A program made the translations under genes and the position numbers. From the NCBI GenBank assembly GCA_029858565.1, contig JAOUEV010000001.1, positions 64,001-128,000 of the forward strand: 64,000 bases of DNA, written 5' to 3'. The DNA comes from Nitrospirota bacterium. Lineage in GTDB: Bacteria; Nitrospirota; UBA9217. The notes under the pieces were generated by a model, which was not told where the DNA came from, ran no database searches, and was given only the letters and a program-made list of their open reading frames with translations. Positions 41,636 through 51,780 of the stretch are shown here, piece after piece (the first letter of the stretch is position 1; every line of letters begins with the position of its first letter).

Positions 41636-41700
41636 GTACTATCCCCCAAGTGAAAAACGACGGGCCCCCTTTCAAGCCGGCGCTGGGCGCCGGCAGGGCG
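41636..41700 (+). repeat. third (partial) copy of the -10/leader element
   Basis: GTACTATCCCCCAAGTGAAAAACGACGGGCCCCCTTTCAAGCCGGCGCTGGGCGCCGGCAGGG. Confidence 0.85.
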
Positions 41701-41735
41701 CGCCTGCGGCCGTGTATCCGGCCGGGAGGCAGGAC

Positions 41736-41942
41736 GTGGAGTGCTACATCGTTCGAATATACCGCCGATACGAGGACCCGGAGAGGAACATCGTCGGGGT
41801 CGTTGAAGAGGTGGGACAGGACGCAAAACAGGCATTTACCAATGACCGGGAACTGCGGGAGATCCTGGCCCCGGAACGAATACGAGCGGGCAGCCACGGC
41901 GGCAAAAGCGCTCTGAGCAGGTCCGGTGAACAGTCTCGTTAA
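41736..41942 (+). CDS. small hypothetical protein (YIVRIYR..IVGVVEEVG..AF)
   Basis: GTG start after GGAGG; compact beta-rich pattern. Confidence 0.6.
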   Translation: MECYIVRIYRRYEDPERNIVGVVEEVGQDAKQAFTNDRELREILAPERIRAGSHGGKSALSRSGEQSR

Positions 41943-41955
41943 AAAGGAGGAATTG

Positions 41956-44109
41956 ATGAGAAACAGCACATTTGAGTACGGAATGGTTTTTCTGGCGCTA
42001 TGTTGTCTTGTTTTTGCAGGCTGCGGAGGCGGAGGCGCGACCACGATTGCGGATACCACTGCCCCGACGATCAGTTCCACCAGCCCGGCGAGCAACGCGA
42101 GCGGCGTTGCAGTGAACGGAGCGATCAGCGCGACCTTCAGCGAGGCCATGGATGCGTCAACAATAACATCGTCATCGTTCACGGTAAAAGACGCGAACAA
42201 TAACGCGGTTTCCGGGGCCGTGAATTATGCGGGAACATCCGCGACCTTCACGCCCGCGGCGGACTTTGCCTACGCTACGGCCTATACTGCAACGATCTCG
42301 ACGGGAGCAAAGGACGTTGCCGGAAATGCCCTCACAGCTGCCTATTCCTGGAGTTTCACCACGGGCACGGCTCCGGATACCACTGCCCCGACAGTCAGTT
42401 CCACCAGCCCGGAGAGCAACGCAACCGGTGTTGCGGTGAACGGCGCGGTCAGCGCGACCTTCAGCGAGGCCATGGACCCCGCAACGTTCACCGTATCGTC
42501 GTTCCTGCTGAAGGACGGGAGCAATAATGCCGTCAGCGGCGCGGTGAATTACGCGGGTACGACCGCGACCTTCACGCCGTCGGTCAATCTGGCTTATTCC
42601 GCGGGATACACGGCAACGGTCACGACTACTGTTAAAGACCTTGCAGGGAACGCCCCGGCTGCTGCCTATTCCTGGAGTTTCACCACCGGCGCGGCGCCGG
42701 ATACCACACCGCCGACGGTGACCTCCACCAGCCCGGCGGGCAGTGCAACCGGTGTTGCGGTGGACGGCGCGGTCAGCGTGACCTTCAGCGAAGCCATGAA
42801 AGCGGAGACGATCACCACCGGGTCCTTCCTGCTGAAAGACGCGGGCAATAACGCGGTCAGCGGCACGGTTATCTATTCAGCCGCAACGGCAACGTTCACT
42901 CCATCGGCAAATCTGGCCTATGCAACGCTGTACACGGCAACGGTCACAACGGCGGCAGTGGACCTGGCGGGAAACGGACTTGCGACAAATGCGACGTTTA
43001 CCTTTACGACCGCTGCAGCTCCGAACGTCGCTTTCGTGACCTCTGTTACCGGGAACGGTAATTTGAGTTCCTGGGCGGACGCCGGCGGAAAAACCGGCCT
43101 GGCTGCGGCAGACGCGATCTGCCAGGCGCGCGCAACAGCCGGAGGGCTGACGGGAACGTTCAAGGCCTGGATGTCCGATACCTCCGACGACGCCTATTGC
43201 CGCATGCATGACCTGACCGGCCACATTTATGATAAATGCGGACAAGGGGTGCTCCCGGCTTCGGCAGGGCCCTGGGTCAGAACCGACGGCACTCCCTTTG
43301 CTCCAACGATCGATAAAATGACGGCGCAGCGCCAGATCTACAGTCCGCTGGCGTATGACGAGTTCGGGATTAAGGCCCCGGCGGGATCGGCATTCCACAC
43401 CGGGACTTCGGAAACAGGCGAATATGTGTATGGAGGAATGTGCACAAACTGGACGGTTTCAAATTTTGATGCTCACAATGTAGGTTTTATCTACTCTACC
43501 ACCTACGGATGGACTGCCGGCTCGGGAAACTGTAACTCGTCGGCGGCGCTGGCGTGTTTTCAGATCGGGAACGGCGGACCGCTCCCGGCCTTTACCGCCA
43601 CGGGGAGAAAAGCCTTCATTACGTCGACCAAGGGGACCGGCAACCTCGGCAGTTGGGCCGACTCAGGCGGCAACACAGGTGTTGCTGCCGGCGATGCGAT
43701 CTGCCAGGCGCGGGCTTCCGCCGCCGGTCTTGCCAATGCGGCAAAATTCAAGGCGTGGTTGTCCGATGGAACCGCGGCGATGGATAGCCGGTTGACGGGC
43801 AATGGCCCCTGGCTCCGTCTCGACGGCATGGTTATGGCCAAGGACAAGACAGAACTCATGAGCGGCAGTTTGCCGACCAGCATCAACGTAACCGAGACAG
43901 GGGTGTACGTCGGCGACGCAAATTCCCTTGCCTGGACGGGCACGAAGTCAGACGGCACGGCGCACGCAGACACTTGTAACGGCTGGACCGATGCAACAAA
44001 CGGGATGAGCGGATTGGCGGGGATGCCTTATGCCGCGAACCTCTGGTGGACGTTCTTCACGCTGCCGACCTGCGACACGCAGGCGTCGCTCTATTGCCTG
44101 GAAGACTGA
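41956..44109 (+). CDS. lipoprotein: 3x SbsA/Big_5 Ig repeats + 2x DUF1554/endostatin-like (C-type-lectin-fold) domains
   Basis: FAGCGGGG; DTTAPT..TSP..TFSEAM repeats with 324-bp period; AF.TS..G.GNL..ADAICQARA..FKAW.SD..GPW.R.DG..C..WT..L.C twice. Confidence 0.82.
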   Translation: MRNSTFEYGMVFLALCCLVFAGCGGGGATTIADTTAPTISSTSPASNASGVAVNGAISATFSEAMDASTITSSSFTVKDANNNAVSGAVNYAGTSATFTPAADFAYATAYTATISTGAKDVAGNALTAAYSWSFTTGTAPDTTAPTVSSTSPESNATGVAVNGAVSATFSEAMDPATFTVSSFLLKDGSNNAVSGAVNYAGTTATFTPSVNLAYSAGYTATVTTTVKDLAGNAPAAAYSWSFTTGAAPDTTPPTVTSTSPAGSATGVAVDGAVSVTFSEAMKAETITTGSFLLKDAGNNAVSGTVIYSAATATFTPSANLAYATLYTATVTTAAVDLAGNGLATNATFTFTTAAAPNVAFVTSVTGNGNLSSWADAGGKTGLAAADAICQARATAGGLTGTFKAWMSDTSDDAYCRMHDLTGHIYDKCGQGVLPASAGPWVRTDGTPFAPTIDKMTAQRQIYSPLAYDEFGIKAPAGSAFHTGTSETGEYVYGGMCTNWTVSNFDAHNVGFIYSTTYGWTAGSGNCNSSAALACFQIGNGGPLPAFTATGRKAFITSTKGTGNLGSWADSGGNTGVAAGDAICQARASAAGLANAAKFKAWLSDGTAAMDSRLTGNGPWLRLDGMVMAKDKTELMSGSLPTSINVTETGVYVGDANSLAWTGTKSDGTAHADTCNGWTDATNGMSGLAGMPYAANLWWTFFTLPTCDTQASLYCLED

Positions 44110-44144
44110 GTTTTCGCAAAAATCAAGAAGACACGTACTGCTTT

Positions 44145-44174
44145 GCGGCCGCCCTTCGGGGCGGCCGTTTCTTT
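44145..44174 (+). terminator. intrinsic terminator (intron-free twin of 39152-39181)
   Basis: GCGGCCGCCC-TTCG-GGGCGGCCGT-TTCTTT. Confidence 0.85.
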
Positions 44175-44314
44175 GGAACGTGTATCGATGCTTCCCCCGT
44201 GGCAGGAATATGCTGCGGCGAACAGAGCCTTGACCCGCCTTTGCCCATGATGCTAGAATGCACACTGTTCACCGGCATGGATATCCCGATCATGGCAGCG
44301 CATTCTTTCCGTTC

Positions 44315-45148
44315 ATGACCCAACTTACCGAAGAGACTTTTGAAAAGACCCTCCGTTCCTTTATCCGCTCAGAGCGTATAGACCTGGGCGGCGTCACGTT
44401 CATCGATCCCTACGGCATGGTCGGCCTTTTGGAGATCGGCGAGCTGTGCATGCTCGAGGACGTGAAGAAGACGATCGTCCTTCCCCGATCCCCCGAGGTC
44501 TGCAGGTATCTTGAGCGCATGGACTTCTTTTCCCACGCGAAACGATACTTCACCCTTGAACCCATGCAGCCTCCATCTGATGGCAGCAGCGGCGCCTCAG
44601 ATGTACTGCTCGAGATCACACCCATCGAACGGGCCAACGATATCCACTATATTGTCGGCAAGGTGCGGGAGCGGGCCCAGGCCATACTTACTGCACATCT
44701 CCGGTACGATGAACGGGCCATCAACGGGTTCATCGTTGCCCTTTCCGAGGTCTGCCAGAACATCATCGAGCATAGCGAGAACAAGGGCTTTGTGGGAATC
44801 CAGAAGTACCGTTTTCCGAGCCTGGGAAAGAACATCGTCAAGATCGCGGTCATGGATGCGGGCATAGGATTTCGCAGGTCGCTCTCGAACCGCTTCAAGC
44901 TCAAGAGCGATCTTGAGGCTATAGAAAAGGGCCTGCTCCAAGGCGCGTCGCGCCACGAGGACGAGGGCCGTGGCCACGGCCTTGCCGCAGTGCGCAGGTT
45001 CGTGACCCAGTGGCAGGGCAGGCTCTCGATCCGCTCTGGCTCGGCCCGTCTCTCACTTATCCCGAAGTGGTCGCGGGGCAGGGAAAAGGAACTGAACCTC
45101 ACGCAGTTCCCCGGCAGCCAGATCAACATCATCCTGCCGGAGATGTGA
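44315..45148 (+). CDS. STAS-like + HATPase_c (anti-sigma/RsbW-like kinase) protein
   Basis: IDL..VTFIDP.G; ALSEVCQNIIEHS (N box), DAGIG (G1), GRGHGL (G2), FPGSQI. Confidence 0.8.
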   Translation: MTQLTEETFEKTLRSFIRSERIDLGGVTFIDPYGMVGLLEIGELCMLEDVKKTIVLPRSPEVCRYLERMDFFSHAKRYFTLEPMQPPSDGSSGASDVLLEITPIERANDIHYIVGKVRERAQAILTAHLRYDERAINGFIVALSEVCQNIIEHSENKGFVGIQKYRFPSLGKNIVKIAVMDAGIGFRRSLSNRFKLKSDLEAIEKGLLQGASRHEDEGRGHGLAAVRRFVTQWQGRLSIRSGSARLSLIPKWSRGREKELNLTQFPGSQINIILPEM

Positions 45149-45273
45149 TCAGGCCCTATCCTGATCTCGAACACCGTTTTATTCCCGCGCTGATAACGCC
45201 TGTTTTATTGACAGCTCTCGATCAAGTTGGTACTATGTTGCAGTTTGTTGAAGCCGTTCTGAAGGAGAATGAA

Positions 45274-45672
45274 ATGAAGAAACAGATTGTGATGTTGTTC
45301 CTGGCAGCAGGTCTCATGATCGCCCAGAGCGCATTGGCTGCTGAAACAGCGCCGCTCAGCACTCCGGAGCTGAAGCAGGCCATCGGCGCGGGCAAGAAGA
45401 ACACGGTTGTTTTCTTTATCAACCCCAACGGCGGTCCCTGCAAGGCGCAGAAGGAGATCCTGGTTCAGCTTCAGAAGGACCGGAAGGGGAACTTCAATAT
45501 TGCCTACGTGGATGCAATGAACCAGGCGAACCAGAAGGCGTTCTATGACTACGGCGTCAGGAGCCTGCCCACGGTCGTGGTCGTTGACGGGAAGGGCAAG
45601 ATCGCAAAGTATTTCCCTCCGGGCATCCAGAGCTACGATGTTCTGGCAAAGACGCTGGACAGCATTAAGTAA
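45274..45672 (+). CDS. secreted thioredoxin-fold protein with a single Cys (GGPC)
   Basis: Signal peptide ALA-A; VVFF.NP.GGPC; YGVRSLPTVVVVDGKG. Confidence 0.75.
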   Translation: MKKQIVMLFLAAGLMIAQSALAAETAPLSTPELKQAIGAGKKNTVVFFINPNGGPCKAQKEILVQLQKDRKGNFNIAYVDAMNQANQKAFYDYGVRSLPTVVVVDGKGKIAKYFPPGIQSYDVLAKTLDSIK

Positions 45673-46316
45673 TGGACCTAGGCATAACAAATATCGGATT
45701 GGCAATAGGCGCGGGGCTCGCAAGCGTGATGTCTCCCTGCGTGCTGCCGGTCGTTCCGGTGATCATGGCGGGGGCGGAGCGGGAAGACCGCCTTCGGCCC
45801 CTGCTGATCGTTCTCGGGCTGTCGCTCATGTTCATGATCATGGGCGCGATCTCGTCGCTCTTTGGCGCGCTTCTGGTCGGAAAGACCCGGTACATCGAAC
45901 TGACCGGCGCGGTGATCATCATGATCATGGGCTTTGTGGTCCTGTTCGATCTCAGCCTGTTCAAGCGGCTCTATCAATTGTCGAACATTCGCGTGAAGGG
46001 CGAGGGAAGGTTCTCGGGGCTTCTGCTCGGCATGGCGCTCGGCCTTGTCTGGGTCCCCTGCATCGGTCCGTTCCTGTCCAGCATCCTCACCATGGTCGGC
46101 ACGAGCGGAGAGATGGCAAAGGGTGTTTTCCTGCTCGGATTCTACTCTCTTGGCCTTGCGATCCCCATGCTGATCGTGGCTTATTCCTCACATCTTCTGC
46201 AGCGCAAGCTCAGTTCCCTGGCACGGCATGAAGCGGTATTTCGCTATGTGACCGGCAGCATCCTTATTGCTTTTGGTCTGTACTCCATCCTTGTCGGCAA
46301 CATCGCCTTCTCGTAA
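45672..46316 (+). CDS. CcdA/DsbD-family transmembrane electron carrier
   Basis: SPCVLPVVP, WVPCIGP, YSLGLAIP. Confidence 0.9.
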   Translation: MDLGITNIGLAIGAGLASVMSPCVLPVVPVIMAGAEREDRLRPLLIVLGLSLMFMIMGAISSLFGALLVGKTRYIELTGAVIIMIMGFVVLFDLSLFKRLYQLSNIRVKGEGRFSGLLLGMALGLVWVPCIGPFLSSILTMVGTSGEMAKGVFLLGFYSLGLAIPMLIVAYSSHLLQRKLSSLARHEAVFRYVTGSILIAFGLYSILVGNIAFS

Positions 46317-46423
46317 CTGATTGATATTATAGGTTATAATATCAATTAAATAACCACTTGACAAAAGTCTTGAAATATGGTTCAATTGATTCAATTGAAT
46401 TGGATGTTTTTAGCGGGAGCTCT

Positions 46424-46990
46424 ATGGAATTAACGATCAATACCGGAACTTTTGAGCACAAGATCTATCCCATTCGAGGACAGAAGGTCATGCTGGACAG
46501 CGACCTTGCTGCTATGTATGGGGTGAATATCGGCGACCTGCATCGCGCGGTAAAAAGGAATATGACACGATTTCCCAAGGACTTCATGTTCCAGTTGACA
46601 CCCGATGAGACCGAAACCTTAAGATGCCAAACCGGCATCATGGGACTGCGTGAGCATCTTACAGCCCAAAACGCCGGCATAACGCCTGCTCGTGGAAAAC
46701 AGCGGAAGTATCTTCCCCAGGTCTTTACTGAACAGGGCGTGGCCATGCTTTCCAGCGTGTTAAAGAGCCGGCAGGCAGCTCACGTCAATACTGCAATCAT
46801 GCGCACGTTCATCAGTGATTCCCGGTTCGCGGTTGTTTTCGATGCCATTCGCGAGTTCATGACTCAGACGGACAAGATCGGTTTCCTTGCCAGGGAAAGC
46901 ATGTCTGTCTATAAGACAGTTGCTGAGAGATCATTATTGGCAGCCTCAAAAGCGGATAGGAAAAAGATCCATCATGAGGTTGCACGATGA
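46424..46990 (+). pseudogene. ORF6N-domain protein, degraded, with internal deletion
   Basis: IRGQKVMLDSDLA.MYGV..AVKRN..RFP.DFMFQLT..FTEQGVAMLSSVL; the coiled coil after IMRTF is missing. Confidence 0.75.
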
Positions 46991-47370
46991 AGCCGGTGGC
47001 CACGGCAGAAACAATAGCGCGACAGATTTATCTGATCCGCGGACAGCACCGAAAGTATTTACCCTATGCATTTACCGAGCACGGGGCGCTCATGGCTGCG
47101 AGTGTTCTTAATACGCCGCGTGCCGTCGAGGTGAGCATTTATGTTGTGCGCGCATTCGTCAAGCTCCGGGAAATGATCGCTTCTCATAAGGATCTCGCAA
47201 ATCGCTTTGATGATTTGGAGAAACGATACGATGCGCGGTTTACCGTGGTTTTCGACGCTATTCGCGAACTGATGACCGTTCCGGAGGAAGAAAAAAGAAA
47301 AATCGGGTTTCTGGCAAAGGAGAACCATGCGGTCTATGCGTCGCCTGACCGCAGTAATGCAGTGGCCTAA
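46987..47370 (+). pseudogene. ORF6N-domain protein lacking the domain core
   Basis: IYLIRGQ joined directly to HRKYLPYAFTEHG; coiled coil and KRKIGF retained. Confidence 0.75.
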
Positions 47371-47380
47371 TAATTTCGCT

Positions 47381-47944
47381 ATGACCACTTACGACCTTCA
47401 TACACTCCTGAAAGAGGAGATCAACAGCGACGCCCGGGACCTCGTGACCCGGCCCACCGGCCAGGCCATCCGCATACGGATCGAGCGGGACCTGGAAGCG
47501 GAGCCCGCGGGAACCGTGATCGGTCTCGACTTCTCCAGGGTCGGAGTGATCGACTATTCCTGCGCGGACGAGATCGTGGCAAAGCTCCTGTCGCGGCTGC
47601 TTTCGGGCGAGTACGGGGACCGGTATCTCCTGCTCCTGGGGCTGAACGAGAACCAGAAGGAGAACATCGAGGTGGCGCTGGAACGGAAGGACCTCGCCAT
47701 CGCAGGCCAGATGAAGGACAACGGAAGGGCGCTGCTCGGGAGCCTGAACAATTACCTCCGCGACACGCTCGATCATATCGTGAAGAACCGGAAGGTATCG
47801 TCAAAGGACCTGGCAGACGCCAAGAAGCTCGAGCCGAACACGAGCGGAACACGGCTGCTGAACCTCTACAAGAAGCGGCTGGTAAAACGGATCGAGGAAC
47901 TGCGCAGCGACGGCAAGGTCTGGGTGTATGAAACGCTGGAGTAA
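47381..47944 (+). CDS. STAS-like (DUF4325-type) + C-terminal winged-helix protein
   Basis: LVTR..G..IR..IGLDFSRVGVIDYSCADEIV; SSKDLA..NTSGTRLLNLYKKRLV. Confidence 0.75.
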   Translation: MTTYDLHTLLKEEINSDARDLVTRPTGQAIRIRIERDLEAEPAGTVIGLDFSRVGVIDYSCADEIVAKLLSRLLSGEYGDRYLLLLGLNENQKENIEVALERKDLAIAGQMKDNGRALLGSLNNYLRDTLDHIVKNRKVSSKDLADAKKLEPNTSGTRLLNLYKKRLVKRIEELRSDGKVWVYETLE

Positions 47945-48001
47945 AACAGCGCGAAGAAGCAACGGTGTTCTTATCAACGCGATTGACCGGAGGGTTGGAT
48001 C

Positions 48002-48460
48002 ATGGACAAGATCAACGACAGAATAGTCCTTTTTATCGCGCAGGGCGCGTACAGCGGCAGGGTGCCGTTCGCACCGGGAACAGCGGGAACGGCGGCTGCT
48101 GTTCTGCTGTATCTGCTGCTTAAGGCGCTCAATCCCGGGGCCTATCTTGGCGTATGCGTGCTCGTGACGGTCCTCGGGACCTGGATGGCAGGCGAGGCAG
48201 AGCTGCTGCTCAGGAAGAAGGACAGCCCCTCCATCGTTATCGACGAGATCGCCGGTTTTTTAGTGGCCATGTTCCTGGTGCCGGCGAGCTGGGAGTACAT
48301 CGTTGCGGCTTTCCTGCTCTTCCGGTTCTTCGATATCGTCAAACCCTGGCCGATCAACGGGCTTCAGAAGGTCTCCGGCGGCGCCGGGGTGATGCTCGAC
48401 GACCTGGGAGCAGGGATCTTCACGAACATAGTTCTTCAGATCGCGGCACGAAACCTATGA
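48002..48460 (+). CDS. pgpA: phosphatidylglycerophosphatase A
   Basis: PFAPGTAG, DSPSIVIDEIAG, FRFFDIVKPWPI, GVMLDD. Confidence 0.95.
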   Translation: MDKINDRIVLFIAQGAYSGRVPFAPGTAGTAAAVLLYLLLKALNPGAYLGVCVLVTVLGTWMAGEAELLLRKKDSPSIVIDEIAGFLVAMFLVPASWEYIVAAFLLFRFFDIVKPWPINGLQKVSGGAGVMLDDLGAGIFTNIVLQIAARNL

Positions 48461-48561
48461 AGGGAAAGGAGTAAAGGATTGCAGGATTAGGAGGATTACC
48501 CCCTGGCATTATCAGACGGTTAATCCTTACCTCTCTACTCCTCTGATCCTGATCTTAAATC

Positions 48562-49797
48562 ATGCGCGCTGAGATCATAGCAACCGGCAGTGAACTGTTG
48601 ACCGGCAGGACCGTGGACACCAACTCCCTGTTCCTTGCCGACGGGCTTCTGGACCTCGGCATCGAAACCGCTTTCAAGTCCGTGGTAGGGGACGATGAAA
48701 AGGACATGGAAGAGGTCTTCCGCCGCGCCCTTGACCGCGCGGAGGTGATCGTGATCACCGGCGGCCTGGGCCCCACGGAGGATGATATCACGCGCAAGGT
48801 GCTCGCGCGGATGTTGAAGAAACGGCTCGTGCTGAACGAGAAAGCGCTCAAGGCGATCAAGGACGTGTTCGCTGCCCGGAACAGGGAGTATCCGGCGTCG
48901 AACGACCGCCAGGCGCTCATCCCGTCAGGCGGCCGGGTGCTGGCAAATCCCGTGGGCATCGCTCCGGGGTTCTTCCTGATCGAGGAAGGGCGGTTCATTG
49001 CCGTGCTTCCCGGAGTGCCGCAGGAGATGCGGACAATGTTCAGCGAGTCGCTCCGGCATGAGCTCGCGGCCCATTGCCGCAGCGAGGTCTTCATCCACCG
49101 CAAGGTGCTGCATACCTGGGGCATCGCCGAGTCAAAGGTCAACGAACAGCTTGAGGATATACTGAAAAAGGGCAAGCCCGTCATGGGACTGACCGCGCGG
49201 GAGACCGGCGTTGATATCAGCATCCTTGCGAAGGAAGGGAGCCGCGACCGCGCGCTCACCCTGGCGGACCGGACAGAGACCGAGGTCCGCAAACGGCTCG
49301 GCGACGCGGTGTACGGTATGGACAGCCAGGCCATGGAAGAGGTCGTGGGCGCCCTGCTCAGGCACCGCAAGCTCACACTCAGCGCGGCCGAGTCCTGCAC
49401 CGGCGGATTGATCAGCTCGAGGATCACGAACACTCCCGGAAGCTCCGACTATTTCGAACGAGCCGTGGTCACCTACAGCAACGCATCCAAGACCGAACTG
49501 CTGGGTGTTCCCGCGGAGCTGATCGCGGCCCATGGCGCGGTGAGCCGGGAGGTCGCGGCTGCCATGGCAACGGGCATCCGGGAACGCGCGAAAACAAGCC
49601 TCGGCATCGCGATCACCGGGATCGCGGGCCCGGGAGGCGGTACAGCGGAAAAGCCTGTGGGTCTTGTGTACCTGGCCCTCGCAACCGCCGAAGGCGTATC
49701 GGTCGAGGAGCGCAGGTTCCTGGGAGACCGCGACCAGATCCGGCAGCGTACCGCCCAGGCGGCGCTGGATATGGTGAGGAGGCATCTGATTGCGTGA
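48562..49797 (+). CDS. cinA: competence/damage-inducible protein CinA
   Basis: GSELLTG..DTN, GGLGPTEDD.T, AESCTGG, TGIAGPGGG..KPVG. Confidence 0.95.
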   Translation: MRAEIIATGSELLTGRTVDTNSLFLADGLLDLGIETAFKSVVGDDEKDMEEVFRRALDRAEVIVITGGLGPTEDDITRKVLARMLKKRLVLNEKALKAIKDVFAARNREYPASNDRQALIPSGGRVLANPVGIAPGFFLIEEGRFIAVLPGVPQEMRTMFSESLRHELAAHCRSEVFIHRKVLHTWGIAESKVNEQLEDILKKGKPVMGLTARETGVDISILAKEGSRDRALTLADRTETEVRKRLGDAVYGMDSQAMEEVVGALLRHRKLTLSAAESCTGGLISSRITNTPGSSDYFERAVVTYSNASKTELLGVPAELIAAHGAVSREVAAAMATGIRERAKTSLGIAITGIAGPGGGTAEKPVGLVYLALATAEGVSVEERRFLGDRDQIRQRTAQAALDMVRRHLIA

Positions 49798-49861
49798 TTG
49801 CGGATTGCGGATTGAAAAAACCGCTGGCATAATCCGCAATCTGCAATCGGAAATCCGAAAT
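49796..49861. repeat. inverted heptamer arrays (GATTGCG)n / (AATCCGC)n
   Basis: GATTGCGGATTGCGGATTG ... AATCCGCAATCTGCAATCGGAAATCCGAAAT. Confidence 0.75.
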
Positions 49862-49865
49862 CAAT

Positions 49866-50420
49866 ATGCGTTTATTCATTGCCATCGAGCTCCCCGAATC
49901 GCTCAAGCAGGAGATCGGGACGGTCCGGGAACAGCTCAGGAAGAGCGGGGCAGATGCCAACTGGACCCGGCCTGAAGGCATCCACCTGACGCTCAAGTTC
50001 CTGGGCGAGGTGGAGGAGTCCCTCGTCCCGTTGATCAAAGGATCCCTTGCAGCGGCTTGTCGGGGTATCGGAAAGTTCCGGATCGAGATCGCGGGAGCGG
50101 GCGCCTTCCCGAACCTGAAGGCCCCCCGGGTGCTGTGGCTGGGCGTGCAGGGTGACGTGGAAAAGCTCGGAGCGCTGCAGGCATCGGTCGAGGACGGGAT
50201 GGCGGATCTGGGATTCGAGCGGGAGGAACGGAAGTTCAGTCCTCATCTTACCCTTGGCCGCGTTAAGTTCCCCAGGCCACGGGACAACTGGCAGGACAGG
50301 ATCAGCGAGATCAGGGACGTGCAGCTCGGCGGATTCGAGGCCGGTCACGTGAGCCTGATGAAGAGCGAGCTACGGCGCGACGGCGCGGTGTATACGGAAA
50401 TGGCGAGGATAGAGATCTAG
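49866..50420 (+). CDS. thpR: RNA 2',3'-cyclic phosphodiesterase (2H family)
   Basis: MRLFIAI, HLTLKFLG, PHLTLGR. Confidence 0.93.
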   Translation: MRLFIAIELPESLKQEIGTVREQLRKSGADANWTRPEGIHLTLKFLGEVEESLVPLIKGSLAAACRGIGKFRIEIAGAGAFPNLKAPRVLWLGVQGDVEKLGALQASVEDGMADLGFEREERKFSPHLTLGRVKFPRPRDNWQDRISEIRDVQLGGFEAGHVSLMKSELRRDGAVYTEMARIEI

Positions 50421-50489
50421 ACGAGAAACGAGAAACGAGAAACGAGAAACAGGAACTCACTCGTCGCTTGTCTCTGGTCACTTGTCACT
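50419..50489. repeat. heptamer array (ACGAGAA)n with degenerate inverted partner
   Basis: ACGAGAA x4, then CTCGTCGCTTGTCTCTGGTCACTTGTCACT. Confidence 0.75.
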
Positions 50490-50527
50490 GAGTAAATATC
50501 CCGGGACATCCGGAAAGGAGAACGAAC

Positions 50528-51622
<1,095 letters not shown>

Positions 51623-51780
51623 CGCCCGCCGCCGGATAATATTAGAAATTTCGCGCAAGTTAATGTACAATAGAACCACTTGCCGGTCGGTCCGGCCGCG
51701 TTCAGCGGTCAACGGCCGGCGCGATTTTTCTGCCCCGCCTGCTTGTCAGGCGTCGGTGCGTCTGGTTTGCGGGAGGTACC

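Noticed and set aside
40040-43014. Repeats as a possible CRISPR array
   Set aside because: In-frame 273-bp and 324-bp protein-domain repeats; no repeat-spacer structure and no cas genes.
33500-44300. Complete DGR (RT + TR) in the window
   Set aside because: No RT motifs in any ORF and no non-coding AAC-rich copy of a VR. The AAC-rich 41433-41558 segment is the coding end of an intact gene.
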